Source: Camelus dromedarius (Eukaryota). Taken from it: a stretch of 64,000 bases of DNA. Both the position numbers and the translations under genes were made by a program. A model generated the notes under the pieces. The model was not told the DNA's origin. It saw nothing but the letters and a program-made list of their open reading frames with translations, and did no database searches. Location: contig NC_087436.1 of NCBI RefSeq assembly GCF_036321535.1, positions 15,872,001-15,936,000 on the forward strand. The letters run 5' to 3'. Shown here piece after piece: positions 62,380-64,000 of the stretch. The stretch's first letter is position 1. Each line of letters opens with the position of its first letter.

Positions 62380-62459
62380 ATGGACCACGACCTAATCAAA
62401 AAGAAATACTTTCCCTACGAGCATTCTTGTTGATGTTCATTAAGCAATTAGTGATGAAG
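62380..62459 (+). CDS. LRBA: LRBA coding exon (probably exon 15), 80 nt, DGPRPNQKEILSLRAFLLMFIKQLVMK
   Basis: Poly-T + aaag acceptor, AAG|gtgagt donor; phase-1 start matches the previous exon. Confidence 0.94.
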
Positions 62460-62694
62460 GTGAGTTTGTATTTCTTACCCTATAGCACGTGTGTATTGTA
62501 ACTTACAATTTCACATAAAATAAAATCTTGGTTTATTTACTCTTTGCTCTGTTAATAGGAAAACACTTTGAGAGATATTTATTTACTCCTTTGTATTTTG
62601 TCCTTCTTTCTTAGGCATCTGTTGATAAACATTAATGCAGACTTGGAGATTGTTAATTGTAATATATATTACATGAATTTCTGTGTCTAGGAGT

Positions 62695-62810
62695 TCAGGT
62701 GTATTCATTCTTTCATTCAGCAAATATTTACTGAGTTCTGTTACTTGTGCTGTTCTTAGAACTGGTGATGCAGGAGTCAACAAAGCCTCTCAAGGAGGTT
62801 TCATTTTTAG
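62695..62810 (+). mobile_element. L2 3' end remnant
   Basis: ttcattcagcaaatatttactgag...tgtgc..tgttcttag..actgg.gatgcag. Confidence 0.65.
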
Positions 62811-63756
62811 GGTCTCCTTGTACTTGATATTCAGATTTTGAGAAACAATTTTCCTGTGTAAATGTCCATGATATGTATATAGGCCTTTAGAAATGATGAC
62901 ATTTCCCCATTTCATTCTATTACAGGTAAAGTAAAATTTAATATTATTTTTTAATGAATGTGTTTTGGTTTTGTAAGATGGCAGTATATGAATGTGTTTG
63001 TGGCCAATATTCTATTCGGTATTTTCCTGTATCATTTTATTTCTTACTCTTACAATTTAATGCTTTATTAGCTGTCATGTAATATTGTGGTAAGTAGATC
63101 TAACTTTTACTATATCTTCCAGACTCAGATAGTTTATTTCTATTTATTAAAAAATTTATCCCTTGAATTGTCTGCTTCTATTTTTACCTAGTGTATTTTG
63201 TTTCCTAGTTCTCTTTCTTACAGTTCTTTTTTGAGATTTCAGCTTTATGGTTAATAAATTAATACAGTAGCTTGAAATTTTCCATAATAAATTCATATTT
63301 TAAAATAGTGTTTTTCCCAGTGAAATTACTGTTCAATTTTTAGTACCTGACATTTTAACCTGGCAATTTAACAACTGTTCATTTTACTCCAAATTTAATA
63401 GAAAAAAGTAAATAGAAAAATTGTCTTCTGTATTTAGAGGAGTGATAGGTGTGAGTAATATCCTTTTACTTATTGTTTATTATTTTTCCTTAGTTCAAGA
63501 TTCTGTAGCTTTACTAGATAGGTTATATGTCATAAGACGCTCAACACAGGATTCTGATGTCAGATCTCCTTTGACTTCTACAGAGTCTTGCATATGGCAT
63601 GTCTTTAGTGCTTCCTCCAATTTTTATTTTAAATTTAGATTCTATATTCCATTATCTTTTATATTTATAGCAGCTGACCACGTTGACAAATCTATGTGTA
63701 TAATTTTTTTTTTTTAAGTTTTTTATATGTAAGATTCTTGTATTATGTTTTTAAAG

Positions 63757-63819
63757 GATTCTGGAGTAAAGGAAGATGAGCTACAGGCCATCCTTAATTA
63801 CCTTCTCACTATGCATGAG
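63757..63819 (+). CDS. LRBA: LRBA coding exon (probably exon 16), 63 nt, DSGVKEDELQAILNYLLTMHE
   Basis: tttaaag acceptor, GAG|gtaaca donor; the gene continues beyond the window. Confidence 0.94.
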
Positions 63820-64000
63820 GTAACATTTGAATTTTATATTTGTGGTTTTATTTTTTAAAGCTGCATTATGGGCTTTTTTTAAAAGTAAAAAAGTTAAAGA
63901 AATCTTTTATTAATCATATAACTATAATGGAGAGTAAATGTATCTAGGAACTAAATCTTAGGAACCTTCATTTAAATATTCTTTATACCACAAAATTCCT

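Noticed and set aside
29944..63819. Gene could be the paralog NBEA
   Set aside because: Residues such as LVGGQFDLEMNFIIQEGES, KYGPDAFFNFPGKSAA and FVNTSDTFDKC fit LRBA as I recall it. A BLASTP would confirm.

Overview
AT-rich mammalian genomic DNA, most likely camelid: the tRNA-derived SINEs match the camelid Vic-type family, recognised from memory and not by database search. The window covers part of LRBA (LPS-responsive beige-like anchor, BEACH family) on the + strand. The first ~29.9 kb is one large intron. It is followed by 14 consecutive GT-AG coding exons (29944-63819; probably exons 3-16 by human numbering) that splice into an uninterrupted 1851-nt / 617-codon frame. Introns are dense with L1, SINE, MLT LTR, MIR/L2 and hAT remnants. 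The most unusual element is a TSD-flanked 2.85-kb L1 derivative (8819-11663, minus strand). It has a complete 5'UTR, ORF1 and 3' end but lacks almost all of ORF2 (HAL1-like), and its 5'UTR carries a long antisense ORF with a splice donor in phase with the next LRBA exon. Other oddities are an apparently captured ~720-bp old genomic fragment inside an L1, a polyadenylated LTR fragment retroposed with L1 hallmarks, and a SINE with a 3' extension inside its TSDs. Repeat subfamily names and most repeat boundaries are approximate. I found no evidence of a wholly new gene system.
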